Of a stretch of DNA of 64,000 nt, positions 30,756 through 43,200 are shown in pieces (the first letter of the stretch is position 1; every line of letters starts with the position of its first letter). The notes under the pieces were generated by a model. It did not search any database. It saw only the letters and a program-made list of their open reading frames with translations, and was not told the origin of the DNA. The DNA is from Bacteroidetes bacterium GWF2_38_335. GTDB taxonomy: Bacteria; Bacteroidota; Bacteroidia; Bacteroidales; GWF2-38-335. The stretch spans positions 67,839-131,838 of the forward strand of contig MEOH01000005.1 in assembly GCA_001769535.1 (NCBI GenBank), in the 5' to 3' direction. A program made the translations under genes and the position numbers.

Positions 30756-32339
30756 ATGGAAGAAAAAAAATTTACCAAATCTCTGATCCTTTTTATTTCT
30801 TTTATTGAAGGAGGAGCTGTGATGTTCACCGAATTAATCGGAGCCAAAGTAGTTGCTCCATTTTTTGGAACATCATTATATGTTTGGTCTTCGGCTCTGG
30901 GAATTACATTGGGAAGTCTGGCAATCGGATACTATTCGGGAGGCGTCATTTCAAAGAAAATGAAAAACCTTAATCTGTTGCTTTACTTGTTTATGATTGC
31001 AGGATTTCTAATTCTTTTAATACCATTTTCAGGTAAATGGATCATGCTAAATACTATTGACATGTCTGTTCAGACTGGTGTTACCATCTCCATGCTAGTT
31101 TTTCTTGCACCTCCATTGGTGATATGCGGAATGATGTCGCCAATGATAATAAATTATCTTACGGATCAGGCTAAAATGTCGGGAAGGATTTCAGGATTGG
31201 TGTATTCTGTTTCCACTTTGGGCGGAATACTGTTTACTTATCTCACTGGATTTTACCTGTTGCCTGTTTTTGGGATTATAAAACCAACCATAATATTTGG
31301 AACTTTGATTATTTTTATGGGATTGATTCTGTTGCTGTTAAATAAGAAATATTTGTCATTGACAATGCTTTTAATTCTGATCCTATTTAACCCCTTTTCC
31401 AAATTAAAAAAGCCCGAAATAACTCAAAATGCCTATTACGTAATTTTATATGATAGTGAAGGATTGTTAGGTCAGGTTAAAGTAATTGAATATATGTACC
31501 AAACATTCGAAAGAGGAGCAAAAAGGGCGAGGGGACTGCTTGTGAATAATACCGGTCAGACTATCATGGATGTGGCGAATCCTCAATACAGTTTGTGGGA
31601 TTATTCTTTTTTCTTCCCAAATGCAGCAAGTATTTATCCTGAAAAATCTGATGCACTGATTCTTGGATTGGGCGGTGGAACATTATATAAGCAATTTGAG
31701 CGGTTAAAATTTAATATTGATGTTGTGGAACTTGATGAGCGAATCAGAGATGTGGCCTTTAAGTATTTTGCTGTGGATAAAAAAGCAAATATAGTTATTG
31801 ATGATGCACGACATTATTTGATGACTTCTGATAAAAAATATGACGTCATAACTTTTGACCTTTTTCTTAGTGAAACACCTCCAAGTCATTTGCTTACAGT
31901 CGAATGTTTCGAAAGAGTAAATGAATTGCTGAATGAAAAGGGCATGCTGATGATTAATTTTTATGGCTTTTTAACCGGTGATATCGGAATAGCATCCCGA
32001 AGTGTATATGCTACTTTGAAAGAGTCATTTAAATATGTTGATATCTGTGCCACTCCGGCAAAAGATGAACACAGCAGAAACCTGATTTTTATTGCAAGTC
32101 AGTCAGATCTTGATTTCACAAATACAAACTATTCCGAACCTGATTTGACTGTGGTCACAAATCTTGAAAAATACTTTGTAAACACTTCTGAAATAGACTT
32201 TTCAGATGCAATGGTTTTAACTGATGATTGTCCTGTTCTTGAGAACTTATATTTGGATGCCGCAATTGAATGGCGAAAATCGAGCAATAAAATATATTGT
32301 GAAAATTTCATAAAACAAAACATCCAGCTTTTTAAGTAA
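30756..32339 (+). CDS. Fused membrane domain / spermidine-synthase-like SAM-binding protein
   Basis: About 7 N-terminal TM segments; LILGLGGG, VVELDE, IDDARHY, YDVITFDLF, LTDDCP. Confidence 0.85.
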   Translation: MEEKKFTKSLILFISFIEGGAVMFTELIGAKVVAPFFGTSLYVWSSALGITLGSLAIGYYSGGVISKKMKNLNLLLYLFMIAGFLILLIPFSGKWIMLNTIDMSVQTGVTISMLVFLAPPLVICGMMSPMIINYLTDQAKMSGRISGLVYSVSTLGGILFTYLTGFYLLPVFGIIKPTIIFGTLIIFMGLILLLLNKKYLSLTMLLILILFNPFSKLKKPEITQNAYYVILYDSEGLLGQVKVIEYMYQTFERGAKRARGLLVNNTGQTIMDVANPQYSLWDYSFFFPNAASIYPEKSDALILGLGGGTLYKQFERLKFNIDVVELDERIRDVAFKYFAVDKKANIVIDDARHYLMTSDKKYDVITFDLFLSETPPSHLLTVECFERVNELLNEKGMLMINFYGFLTGDIGIASRSVYATLKESFKYVDICATPAKDEHSRNLIFIASQSDLDFTNTNYSEPDLTVVTNLEKYFVNTSEIDFSDAMVLTDDCPVLENLYLDAAIEWRKSSNKIYCENFIKQNIQLFK

Positions 32340-32426
32340 TTTGTCAATTTATTTTGTCATTTTATTAATAAAAATGCACTGTTCATATAATTGTTATTAA
32401 TTCATTATTTCTTTTTTCAATTTAAA

Positions 32427-32451
32427 GCAACCCTAAGTAATATTATACGTC
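32427..32451 (+). promoter_or_regulatory. Putative ECF promoter 4
   Basis: GCAAC-cctaagtaatattata-CGTC, 16-nt spacer. Confidence 0.7.
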
Positions 32452-32489
32452 TTACTTACTAAGTAATATTACTAAAAGGGGATTATATT

Positions 32490-33719
32490 TTGCATTCTGA
32501 AGAAACAAATCTAAATGAATTTGTTGTAAGTGAATTGGATAAATTCCAGTTTCCTTATGATTATAATGAATGGAATAAGATTGACCGCAAACTAAATCTT
32601 AAACATCGTAATAATTTAATTGTTAAGGGATTAGTTATAACATCAGTTGCCGGTTCCATCCTGTTATCTTCTAGTTATTTTTTAAAATCCGATAAAAACA
32701 GCCAACCTGAAAGGTCGGTAGAAGTACTTATAAATGACTCCGTACAGGACGCTGGAAATAATCTTGTATCCGTATTCTCCGAAAATAATCCCGAAAAATT
32801 TATTTCTGAAACAAAACAAGAAAATAATGTTACCACAATAGCAGAAGATTATCCTTCACCGGTAATCCTCGCAGAAACCAACACTTTGACCAGTGAAAAA
32901 ATAGTTAAAGAGGAAGAACAGTCCGAATCAAAAGAAATTCTTCAGAATGAAATTGATTTAATCCCTTATTTTAATACCTCTGAGAAATCGGGCTGTTCTC
33001 CTTTAACTGTGGAATTTGTTCCTTACGAAAAAGCTGAGGACATTATTTATTACTGGGAATTTAGTGACGGTTCATCATCTACCGAAAAATCTCCTTCTTA
33101 TACCTTTTCTGAAGAAGGGGAGTATTTTGTCAGGCTAACTATTAAGAAATTCAAAAAAGAAAAATTGTTTACGTGGACAGCTGAGGTTCCTGTTACAGTC
33201 TACCCGTCTCCTGAAGCAGATTATGAACAAATCAGCGAAAAGAATCCTTATGAATTTGAAGCAGCATCTGTTCCTCAGGGAACCTACCAGTGGCAAATAG
33301 GCAAAAATAACATTTCTGGAAGAAGACTGAAGTATGTATTTGCCGAAGAAGGTTTATACGATGTTGCAATGACTGTTGTAAATGAAAATGGCTGTAAATC
33401 AACAACATCAAAGATCGTTAACGTGACAGATTTAATTCCTTTTCAGAAACCAACGGGATTTTCACCCGATGGGGACGGAATTAATGATTATTATAAACCA
33501 TTGTTTGATGAGAGTACAATTATTGATTATAATCTGCAGATATATGGTTCAACAGGCATGATGGTTTTTGAAACAAATGACATTTCAAAAGCATGGGACG
33601 GAAAAATAATGGGATCTGATAAAACTGCTGAATTTGGCGTTTATGTGTGCATCATTAAAGTGAAAGATATTTATAACGTAACCAAACAAATAAAATATAA
33701 TATTACCCTTTTAAAATAA
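32490..33719 (+). CDS. Second anti-sigma-like TM/PKD/type-B CTD protein (paralog of 19461-20732)
   Basis: LDKFQFPYDYNEWNKIDRKL versus LDSHEFPYDGNEWLKLDKKM; TM; GCSPLTVEF; WEFSDG; PTGFSPDGDGINDY..WDG..ITLLK; TTG start. Confidence 0.75.
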   Translation: MHSEETNLNEFVVSELDKFQFPYDYNEWNKIDRKLNLKHRNNLIVKGLVITSVAGSILLSSSYFLKSDKNSQPERSVEVLINDSVQDAGNNLVSVFSENNPEKFISETKQENNVTTIAEDYPSPVILAETNTLTSEKIVKEEEQSESKEILQNEIDLIPYFNTSEKSGCSPLTVEFVPYEKAEDIIYYWEFSDGSSSTEKSPSYTFSEEGEYFVRLTIKKFKKEKLFTWTAEVPVTVYPSPEADYEQISEKNPYEFEAASVPQGTYQWQIGKNNISGRRLKYVFAEEGLYDVAMTVVNENGCKSTTSKIVNVTDLIPFQKPTGFSPDGDGINDYYKPLFDESTIIDYNLQIYGSTGMMVFETNDISKAWDGKIMGSDKTAEFGVYVCIIKVKDIYNVTKQIKYNITLLK

Positions 33720-33725
33720 TTACTT

Positions 33726-34211
33726 ATGAGACCGAAGATGAGACTTGTTATTTTAATCATCCTAATGACTTTTCAGCAATCAATTTTTGCTCAGGATGAA
33801 CCTGTTCAATTTGAAAAAACAATTGAGTACCAGGATTACAGACATGTATTTTTTGCAATTGACAGAGTAGCAACCGAAGCTGAAGCTAAATACCTTAGCG
33901 AAACTTTTTTGGGAACACCCGGGGTTGTTGATTTTTCAATACAGGAGGGAAAGTATTGTAAGCTTGGGATTAAATATGATAAAACAATTGATGACGTGGC
34001 TGAAGTTCTTAATCAATTTAATTTTAAAATATCCGATGAAATTGCAGTTGCCAATGACAACGACAATAAAAAAGCCGACTATCCGACTCACTATCCTGTA
34101 AGAAAAAGTACCGGAGACCCGGCCAGGGATGAACAAATTTTTCAGGAAGCATACAAATACTGGAAAACTCATTATCCTGAAGAATATAACACATACAAAG
34201 AAAATAAATAG
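33726..34211 (+). CDS. Small exported hypothetical protein (module 2)
   Basis: Signal peptide ending in FAQ; C-terminal PTHYPVRKSTGDPARDEQIFQEAYKYWKTHYPEEY resembles that of 21022-21591. Confidence 0.8.
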   Translation: MRPKMRLVILIILMTFQQSIFAQDEPVQFEKTIEYQDYRHVFFAIDRVATEAEAKYLSETFLGTPGVVDFSIQEGKYCKLGIKYDKTIDDVAEVLNQFNFKISDEIAVANDNDNKKADYPTHYPVRKSTGDPARDEQIFQEAYKYWKTHYPEEYNTYKENK

Positions 34212-34232
34212 CTAACCAAATAAAGCACTATT

Positions 34233-37200
34233 ATGAGACGCGATTTGATAAGATTAGTATTTTTTCTGGCTCTGTTTGCTTTGTCAAACAATGTCTTCTC
34301 TGCTGCAGCGCCTGCAAATGATAACTGTGCAGGGGCGACACCCCTAACTGTAAATGCGACGTGCACATACTCCAATTACACCAATGTTAATGCTACCGAG
34401 TCTGTTGCACCAGTGCCTGGTTGTGCAAACTGGATTGCGGGAAGCATGGAGGATGTTTGGTTTTCAGTTACAGTCCCTGCATCTGGACAAATTATTCTTG
34501 ATACCCAGACTGGAGGTATAACCGATGGAGGAATGGCCATATATTCAGGAACATGTGGTGCTCTCACATTGATTGAGTGTGACGACGATGACAGTGGAAA
34601 CGGTTTGATGCCTTACATTAACCGAACGGGATTAACGCCTGGATCAACAATATATATAAGGGTTTGGGAGTATGGAGGGGACGTCACAGGAACCTTCGGC
34701 ATCTGTGCATACTCACCTGTCCCGACTTGTACGGATGGAATTCAAAATGGTACAGAAACCGGAATAGATTGCGGGGGAACTTGCCCCGCATGTGGAGTCG
34801 GGTCTACCTGCGCTACAGCAAATGTGATTGCTGCGTTACCGTATACAGGTACCGCTACAACATGTGGTGCAGTCAATGATTATGACAGTGGTGATGCTTG
34901 TGCCAGCTCATATATGAATGGCCAGGATTATTTGTATCAGTATACTCCCGCTACTAATCAGGTAGTTAATATTGCTTTGACAGGTACACTAACTTATACA
35001 GGAGTTTTTGTTTATGATGGTTGTCCGGGACAAGGCGCAACCAATTGTGTTGGAATGAACACCAATTCTGCAGGAAATCCAGCTATTAACTGCTTAAGTC
35101 TTCCTGCTGGTGATACCTATTATATAATGGTTGATACATGGCCATCACCTGATTGCACACCGTTTACCATTAATATTACTTCCTCTGCGGCAACAGCGCC
35201 TGTTACCATCAATGCATGTTCAGGTACTTTTTATGATACCGGAGGAGCTGGAGGTAATTATGGTGCTTGTCAGGACTATGTTGTTACATATTGTCCTTCA
35301 ACACCAGGTATGGTAATTGAAGTAAACTTTACCACATGGAATGTTGAACCTGGTACCAACGACGATCAAATGATTGTTCATGATGGAAATAGTGTTGGAT
35401 CTCCAACAATGTTTTTTGCCGATGGTCTTAATTCAGGACTTGGACAAGTACAAGCTTCAATAACAAATCCAACAGGTTGTCTTACCTTTGAATGGACTTC
35501 TGATGATGATGCAATAACAGGTCCGGGTTGGGCAGCAACCATTTCATGTTCTTACCCATGCCAACTGGTTCAGTCAACTATTACCAGTACTACTCCAGCG
35601 GCCTCTGCTGGTTATATAAATATCTGTCAGGGACAAAATGTCGCTTTTAATGCGACGGGCACTTATCCACAAAATGGAACATATTATACTCAGGCTAATT
35701 CTACCTCTACTTTTACCTGGGATTTTGGTGATGGAACTCAACTTTCCGGAGTGAACCTGACTTCAGTTAACCATACTTATCCAACCGAAGGTGGCTATAA
35801 TGTGAACCTGACAATTACTGATGTTAATGGATGTGAAAGTACAAACAACATTAACATTCGTGTAAGGGTTTCAATGACACCTCATTTTGTTGGAACCAAC
35901 ACAAATGACAACACTTTATGTCTTGGCCAGTGCGCTACTTTAACCGGGCTGATTCAGCCGCAGCCTTTTGTAATGCCAACCGGACAGGTGCTTGCAGATA
36001 CTACTTTCTTACCTGATGGAAGCGGAGTTACCTATACAACTTCTCTTGAATTTAATAATTTCTCACCTGGTCAAGTACTTACTGCATCTACTGACATTGT
36101 TGATATTTGCTGTGAAATTGAACATTCATACATTGGTGACCTTATTGTCTGGATCGAATGTCCGAATGGAGCAACAACCATGTTGTTTGATGGTAATTTG
36201 TCACCTACTCTTTACCAATACCTTGGTGTGCCTCTAGGAGGTAGTGGTCATTCAACTTATGATAATACTCCTCTTACTGATCCAACTGTAAACCTTCCGG
36301 GAACGCCCTGGAACTATTGTTTTGATATGACAGCTGGCACGCAAATCAATGCTACTGCTACACCAGGTGACCAATCCATCCCTGCAGGTGATTACCATCC
36401 TCAGGGAACCTGGGCCGATCTGATCGGTTGCCCGTTAAACGGAACATGGACCATCCATATCACTGATGACGTGGGCGCTGACAATGGATGGATTTATTCA
36501 TGGGGGATCAATTTCTTACCTTCTATTTATCCTCCTTTATGGAGTTTCACTAATACTTATCCTACTCAGTGGTGGACCGGCAACGGTGTAACAGGAACAA
36601 ACCCTGCCACTGCCTGCCCAACAGTTGCAGGTGTTCAAAACTATGTTTTCCATACCACTGATAATTATGGTTGTTCATACGATACAACAATAACCATTAC
36701 TGTTACCGGACTTACTGTGACAACATCACATGTAAACCCAACATGCAACGGGTATTCTAATGGTACTGCTACTGTTACTGCTGTAACCGGCGGAACGGCT
36801 CCTTATACTTATTTATGGAATGACCCGGCTCCTGCACAAACCACAGCAACCTGTACCGGCCTTCCGGCTGGCACATGGAGTGTTACTGTAACCGATGCCA
36901 ATGGATGTCAGGGTTACAGCTCTCAAACTCTTACTAACCCTCCAGGGATGACCATTGCTGTTACAGGTGCAGCTACCACTTGTGGTCTGAATAATGGGTC
37001 TGCTACGGCAACAATAACGGCTGGTAACAATCCTTACGATTATTTATGGTCAAGTGGTCAACTTACTAATAACACAAACTCTTTAACAAATACCATTTCC
37101 AGTCTGCCGGCAGGTACTTATACAGTTACTGTTACAGACGATGATGGATGTACAGTTTCAGGTTCTTATGTCGTTGCAGCCAGTACGGCTCCGGTTTCAA

Positions 37201-40200
37201 CACCAACCCATAACGGGAACGACTGTTTTAACGGAAACTCGGTCAACTTCACCAACAACGGCACCCATGGTGGAACTTATGCATGGTCATTTCCGGGTGG
37301 AGCAACACCAGCAACATCAACCACTGAAAATCCGACCAACGTCTCTTGGCCTGCTGCAGGTACTTATACAGTAACCCTGACTGTGACTCTGGGTGGATGT
37401 ACTGCAACCAATACGGTTAACGTTACCATTTACCCCAGACCAACAATTACTATTACTCCAACCAATCCAACATGTTTTGGATATACTAACGGACAGGCAG
37501 TGGCCGTCGTTTCAAGTGGTACGGCTCCATATACTTATGTATGGAATGACCCGGCTCCGGTACAAACAACTGCAACCTGCACCGGATTGGGCGCAGGAAC
37601 CTGGTCGGTTACTGTTTCTGATGCCAACGGATGTACCAATACTGCATCAACAACTCTGACTCAACCTGCTGTTCTGACTGCATCTGCTTCAAGTACCAAT
37701 GTGCTCTGTAACGGGGCATGTACAGGGACCGCAAGTGCGACCGGAGTAGGTGGAACAGCTCCTTATTCTTACTCCTGGAGCAATGGCTCAACAAATGCCA
37801 ATCTTACCAATTTATGTATTGGAGCGTATACTGTCACAGTTACCAGTACGGGTGGATGTACCGCATCAACTTCAGTAAATATTACTTCTCCTCCTGCTCT
37901 TACTGCCAGCATTGTTCCGACAAATGTTGTGTGTAACGGTGCTTCAACAGGGGCAGCAAACCTTACACCCGGTGGAGGAAATGGAACTTATACATATCTT
38001 TGGTCAAGTGGACAAACAACTCAGGACCTTGCCAGCATCCCGGCTGGAACATACACAGTTACCGTAACAGACGGCAACGGATGTACTATCACTGCTTCAA
38101 CAACAATAACTCAACCTACTGCTGTAACTGCATCTATTTCAGCCCAAACAAATGTTAGCTGTAACGGTGGATCAAATGGATCTGCAACAGTTGCTGCCGG
38201 TGGTGGAACTGCTCCATATACCTATTTATGGAACGATCCGGCTCCACAACAGACCACTGCAACAGCTACCGGTCTTACTGCAGGAACATGGACTGTTACT
38301 GTTACAAGTACAGGTGGGTGTACAACAACAGCCAGTGTAACTATTACCCAGCCACCTGCCTTAACAGCAAGTATTACTGCTCAAACAAATGTGGCTTGTA
38401 ATGGTGGTGCAACAGGTAGTGCAACTGTTACACCAACAGGTGGAACGGCACCCTATACTTATGCATGGAATGACCCGGCACCAATTCAAACAACAGCAAC
38501 TGCCACGGCATTAACCGCAGGTACATGGACAGTTACCGTGACCAGCGTTGGTGGATGTACAACAACAGCCAGTGTTACCATCACTCAGCCACCGGTTCTG
38601 ACAGCCAGTATTACTGCCCAGACTAATATATTATGTAATGGCGGGTCCAATGGATCTGCAACAGTGACTGCAGCAGGCGGAACCGCTCCGTATACTTATT
38701 TATGGAACGACCCGGCTCCGGCACAAACCACTGCTACAGCCACTGCGCTTACAGCAGGCACATGGACAGTTACCGTCACAAGCGTTGGCGGATGTACTGC
38801 CACAGCCAGTGTGACCATCACTCAGCCAACATTATTGACTTCTGCCATCACAGCTCAAACCAACGTAGCTTGTAATGGTGGTGCAACAGGAAGTGCTACC
38901 GTTACACCTGCAGGTGGAACAGCACCCTATACTTATGCATGGAACGACCCTGCACCAATTCAAACCACTGCAACAGCTACTGCACTTACTGCAGGAACAT
39001 GGAATGTTACTGTTACTGATGCCAATGGGTGCACTTCTTTATCAAGTGTTACAATAACCCAGCCAGCGGCACTTACAGCCACAATTACTGCACAGACTAA
39101 TATTTTATGTAATGGTGGAGCAACAGGTAGTGCAACAGTTACTGCCGGAGGTGGTACTCCTGCATATACTTATTTATGGAACGACCCGGCACCTGCTCAA
39201 ACCACTGCAACAGCCACTGCGCTTACAGCAGGCACATGGACAGTTACTGTCACAAGCGTTGGCGGATGTACTGCCACAGCCAGTGTAACCATCACTCAGC
39301 CAACATTACTGACTTCTGCCATCACAGCTCAAACCAACGTAGCTTGTAATGGTGGAGCAACAGGTAGTGCAACAGTTACACCAACCGGTGGAACGGCACC
39401 CTATACTTATGCATGGAACGATCCTGCACCAATTCAAACCACTGCAACAGCCACTGCACTTACCGCAGGAACATGGAATGTTACCGTTACCGATGCAAAT
39501 GGATGTACTTCTACTACCAGTGTGACCATCACCCAGCCACCGGTTTTGACAGCCAGTATTACTGCCCAGACCAATATATTATGTAATGGAGGGTCAAATG
39601 GAACAGCAACAGTGACTGCAGGCGGCGGAACAGCTCCATATACTTATCTATGGAACGACCCGGCTCCGGCACAAACCACTGCAACAGCCACTGCACTAAC
39701 AGCAGGAACATGGACAGTTACCGTCACAAGCGTTGGCGGATGTACTGCCACAGCCAGTGTAACCATCACTCAGCCAACATTATTGACTTCTGCCATCACA
39801 GCTCAAACCAACGTAGCTTGTAATGGTGGAGCAACAGGTAGTGCAACAGTTACACCAACCGGTGGAACAGCACCCTATACTTATGCATGGAACGACCCTG
39901 CACCAATTCAAACCACTGCAACAGCCACTGCACTCACTGCAGGCACATGGAATGTTACTGTTACCGATGCAAATGGGTGTACATCAACAACCAGTGTCAC
40001 AATAACCCAGCCAGCTCCGGTTACTGCTGCTATAACTGCACAGACAAACATAGCATGTAACGGAGGAGCAACAGGTACAGCAACTGTCACAGCTGGAGGC
40101 GGAACCCCTGCGTATTCATATTTATGGAATGATCCGGCACCTGCTCAGACAACTGCCACTGTTACTGCATTGACAGCAGGAACCTGGAACGTAACAGTTA

Positions 40201-43200
40201 CTGATGCCAATGGATGTACTGCAACTACAAGTGTTACAATTACTCAGCCTGTTGCGCTCACTGCTTCTGCTGTGGGTACAAACCCGGGATGTAATGGTGC
40301 TACTACCGGTTCGGTAGATTTAACACCAGCCGGTGGAACAGTCGCTTATTCATATTCATGGTCAAATGGTGCAACATCTCAGGATATTTCAGGAGTTTTG
40401 GCTGGAACATATACTGTTACTGTAACTGATGCCAATGGATGTACAGCAACAGCAAGTGCTACCATTACAGCTCCTCCTGCACTTACAGCAAGTATAGCCG
40501 GCACCAATGCCGGATGTAACGGAGCCTCAACAGGTGCAGCTAACTTAACACCAGGCGGTGGAACCCCGGCATATACCTATGCATGGTCAAGTGGTCCTAC
40601 AACTCAGGATCTTACTAATATACCTGCCGGAACCTACACTGTTACCGTAACCGATGCAAATGGATGTACAATAACATCTTCATATACTGTTACTCAGCCA
40701 ACTGCTCTTACAGCTAGCATCGCCGGCACAAATGCCGGATGTAATGGTGCATCAACTGGTGCCGCAAACTTAACACCCGGCGGCGGAACCCCTGCATATA
40801 CCTATGCATGGTCAAGTGGCCCGACTACACAGGATTTAACAAACATACCGGCAGGTACATATACTGTTACTGTAACCGATGCAAATGGATGTACCATAAC
40901 CGCCTCTTATACAGTTACACAGCCAACAGCTGTTACTGCCAGTATTTCTGCTTCAACAAATGTTAGTTGTAACGGTGGTTCAAATGGAAGTGCAACTGTA
41001 ACTCCCGGTGGTGGAACACCAGCTTATACTTACTTATGGAATGACCCGGCACCGGCTCAGACAACTGCCACTTGTACAGGCCTTACAGCCGGCACATGGA
41101 CCGTTACTGTTACCGATGCCAATGGTTGTACCCAGACTGCTACTGCAACAATAACCCAACCTGTTGTTCTGACAGTTGCCGGTTCTCATACCAATGTTAC
41201 TTGTAATGCTGCCTGCAATGGAAGTGCAACTGCAACTCCGGCCGGTGGCACTGCCCCATATACATATTCATGGAACGACCCCGGTTTCCAGACAACAGCT
41301 ACTACTACCTCAACATTATGCGCAGGAACATTCTCTGTTACTGTAACTGATGCCAATGGATGTACAGCAACAACATCACAGACAATCACTCAACCTGTTG
41401 CAATTACTGTGACCATGTCATCAGTTGATGCTTCATGCGGTGGAAGTGATGGTTCTGCATCAGTTGTGGCAGCCGGTGGAACACCAGGTTATACTTATCT
41501 TTGGAATAGTGGTGGAACCACAAGTACAATTAACTTGATTCCTTCAGGAAGCTATACTGTTACTGTTACCGATGCCAATGGATGTACTATTGCAGGAACT
41601 GTCAGTGTCAATGATGGTGGCGCACCTACTGCTACAATCACAGCCTCAACAAACGTTTCATGCAATGGAGCTTGTGATGGCACAGCAACAGTAAGTGCAG
41701 TCGGCGGAACAGCACCTTATACATATAACTGGAGCTCAGTTGGAAATACTGCCACTGAAACCGGTATTTGCGCAGGAACTGTTTCTGTTACTGTTACAGA
41801 TGCATTTGGATGTGTTTCCACAGCCAATGTGGCCATTACACAGCCAACAGCTTTAAACGCTTCTATTACAGCTTCAACAAATGTCAGCTGTAATGGTGGA
41901 AGCAATGGTTCAGCAACTGTTTCCGCAAGTGGTGGAACAGCACCATATACTTATTTATGGAATGACCCGGCACCAGCACAGACAACCCCTACAAGCACTG
42001 CATTAACCGCTGGTAGTTGGACTGTCACTGTTACTGATGCCCACGGATGTACAATAACTGCCACTGCTACCATTACACAACCGACACTCCTTACTGCAGC
42101 AATTACTGCAACAACTAATGTAAGTTGTAATGGTGGAAATAATGGTTCTGCAACTGTTACTGCATCAAACGGAACACCTGGTTATACCTACTCATGGCCC
42201 GCAGGCGGAAGTCTTTCAACTCAAACAAATTTAGCTGTTGGTTCATATACTGTAACTGTTACAGATCTTAATGGATGTACTGCAACAGCCACAGCAACAA
42301 TTACTCAACCCACAGCTCTTACTGCAAGTATTGCCGGAACCAATGCCGGATGTAACGGCGCATCTACTGGTGCAGCTGATTTAACTCCTGGTGGCGGAAC
42401 TCCCGTATATACCTACGCATGGTCAAGTGGACCAATAACTCAGGATTTAACAAATATTCCTTCCGGTACCTATACTGTTACTGTTACCGATGTCAATGGA
42501 TGTACTGTTTCTGCTAACACCACCATAACTCAACCAACTGCTCTAACAGCAAGTGTTACAGGAACCAATGCAGGATGTAACGGCGCATCAACCGGTGCTG
42601 CTGATTTAACTCCGGGCGGTGGAACTCCCGCATACACCTACGCATGGTCAAGCGGACCAACCACACAGGATTTGACAAACATTCCTTCGGGAACTTATAC
42701 AGTTATTGTTACTGATGCCAATGGTTGCACCATTTCTGCCTCAACTACTATAACTCAACCAACTGCAGTTACCGCAGCAATTACCGGTACAACCAACGTA
42801 AGTTGTAACGGAGGATCTGACGGTACAGCAACAGTTACAGCAGGAGGAGGAACCCCGGCTTATACCTATCTTTGGAATGATCCGGCACCGGCTCAGACTT
42901 CTTTGACTGCAACCGGACTTACTGTTGGCTCATGGACAGTAACTGTTACTGATGCCAATGGATGTAGTGTTTCTGCAATAGCAACTATTACCCAACCAAC
43001 ACCACTTACCGCTTCTGCTACCGCTACAAATGCCCTTTGTAATGGAGCATGTGACGGAACAACAAATCTTACTGTTTCTGGTGGGACTGCTGCATATTCT
43101 TATAACTGGTCAAATGGATTTACTTCAGAAGACCTTACCGGACTATGTGCAAACAGTTATTCTGTAACGGTTACTGATGCCGAGGGTTGTACAGCAACTG

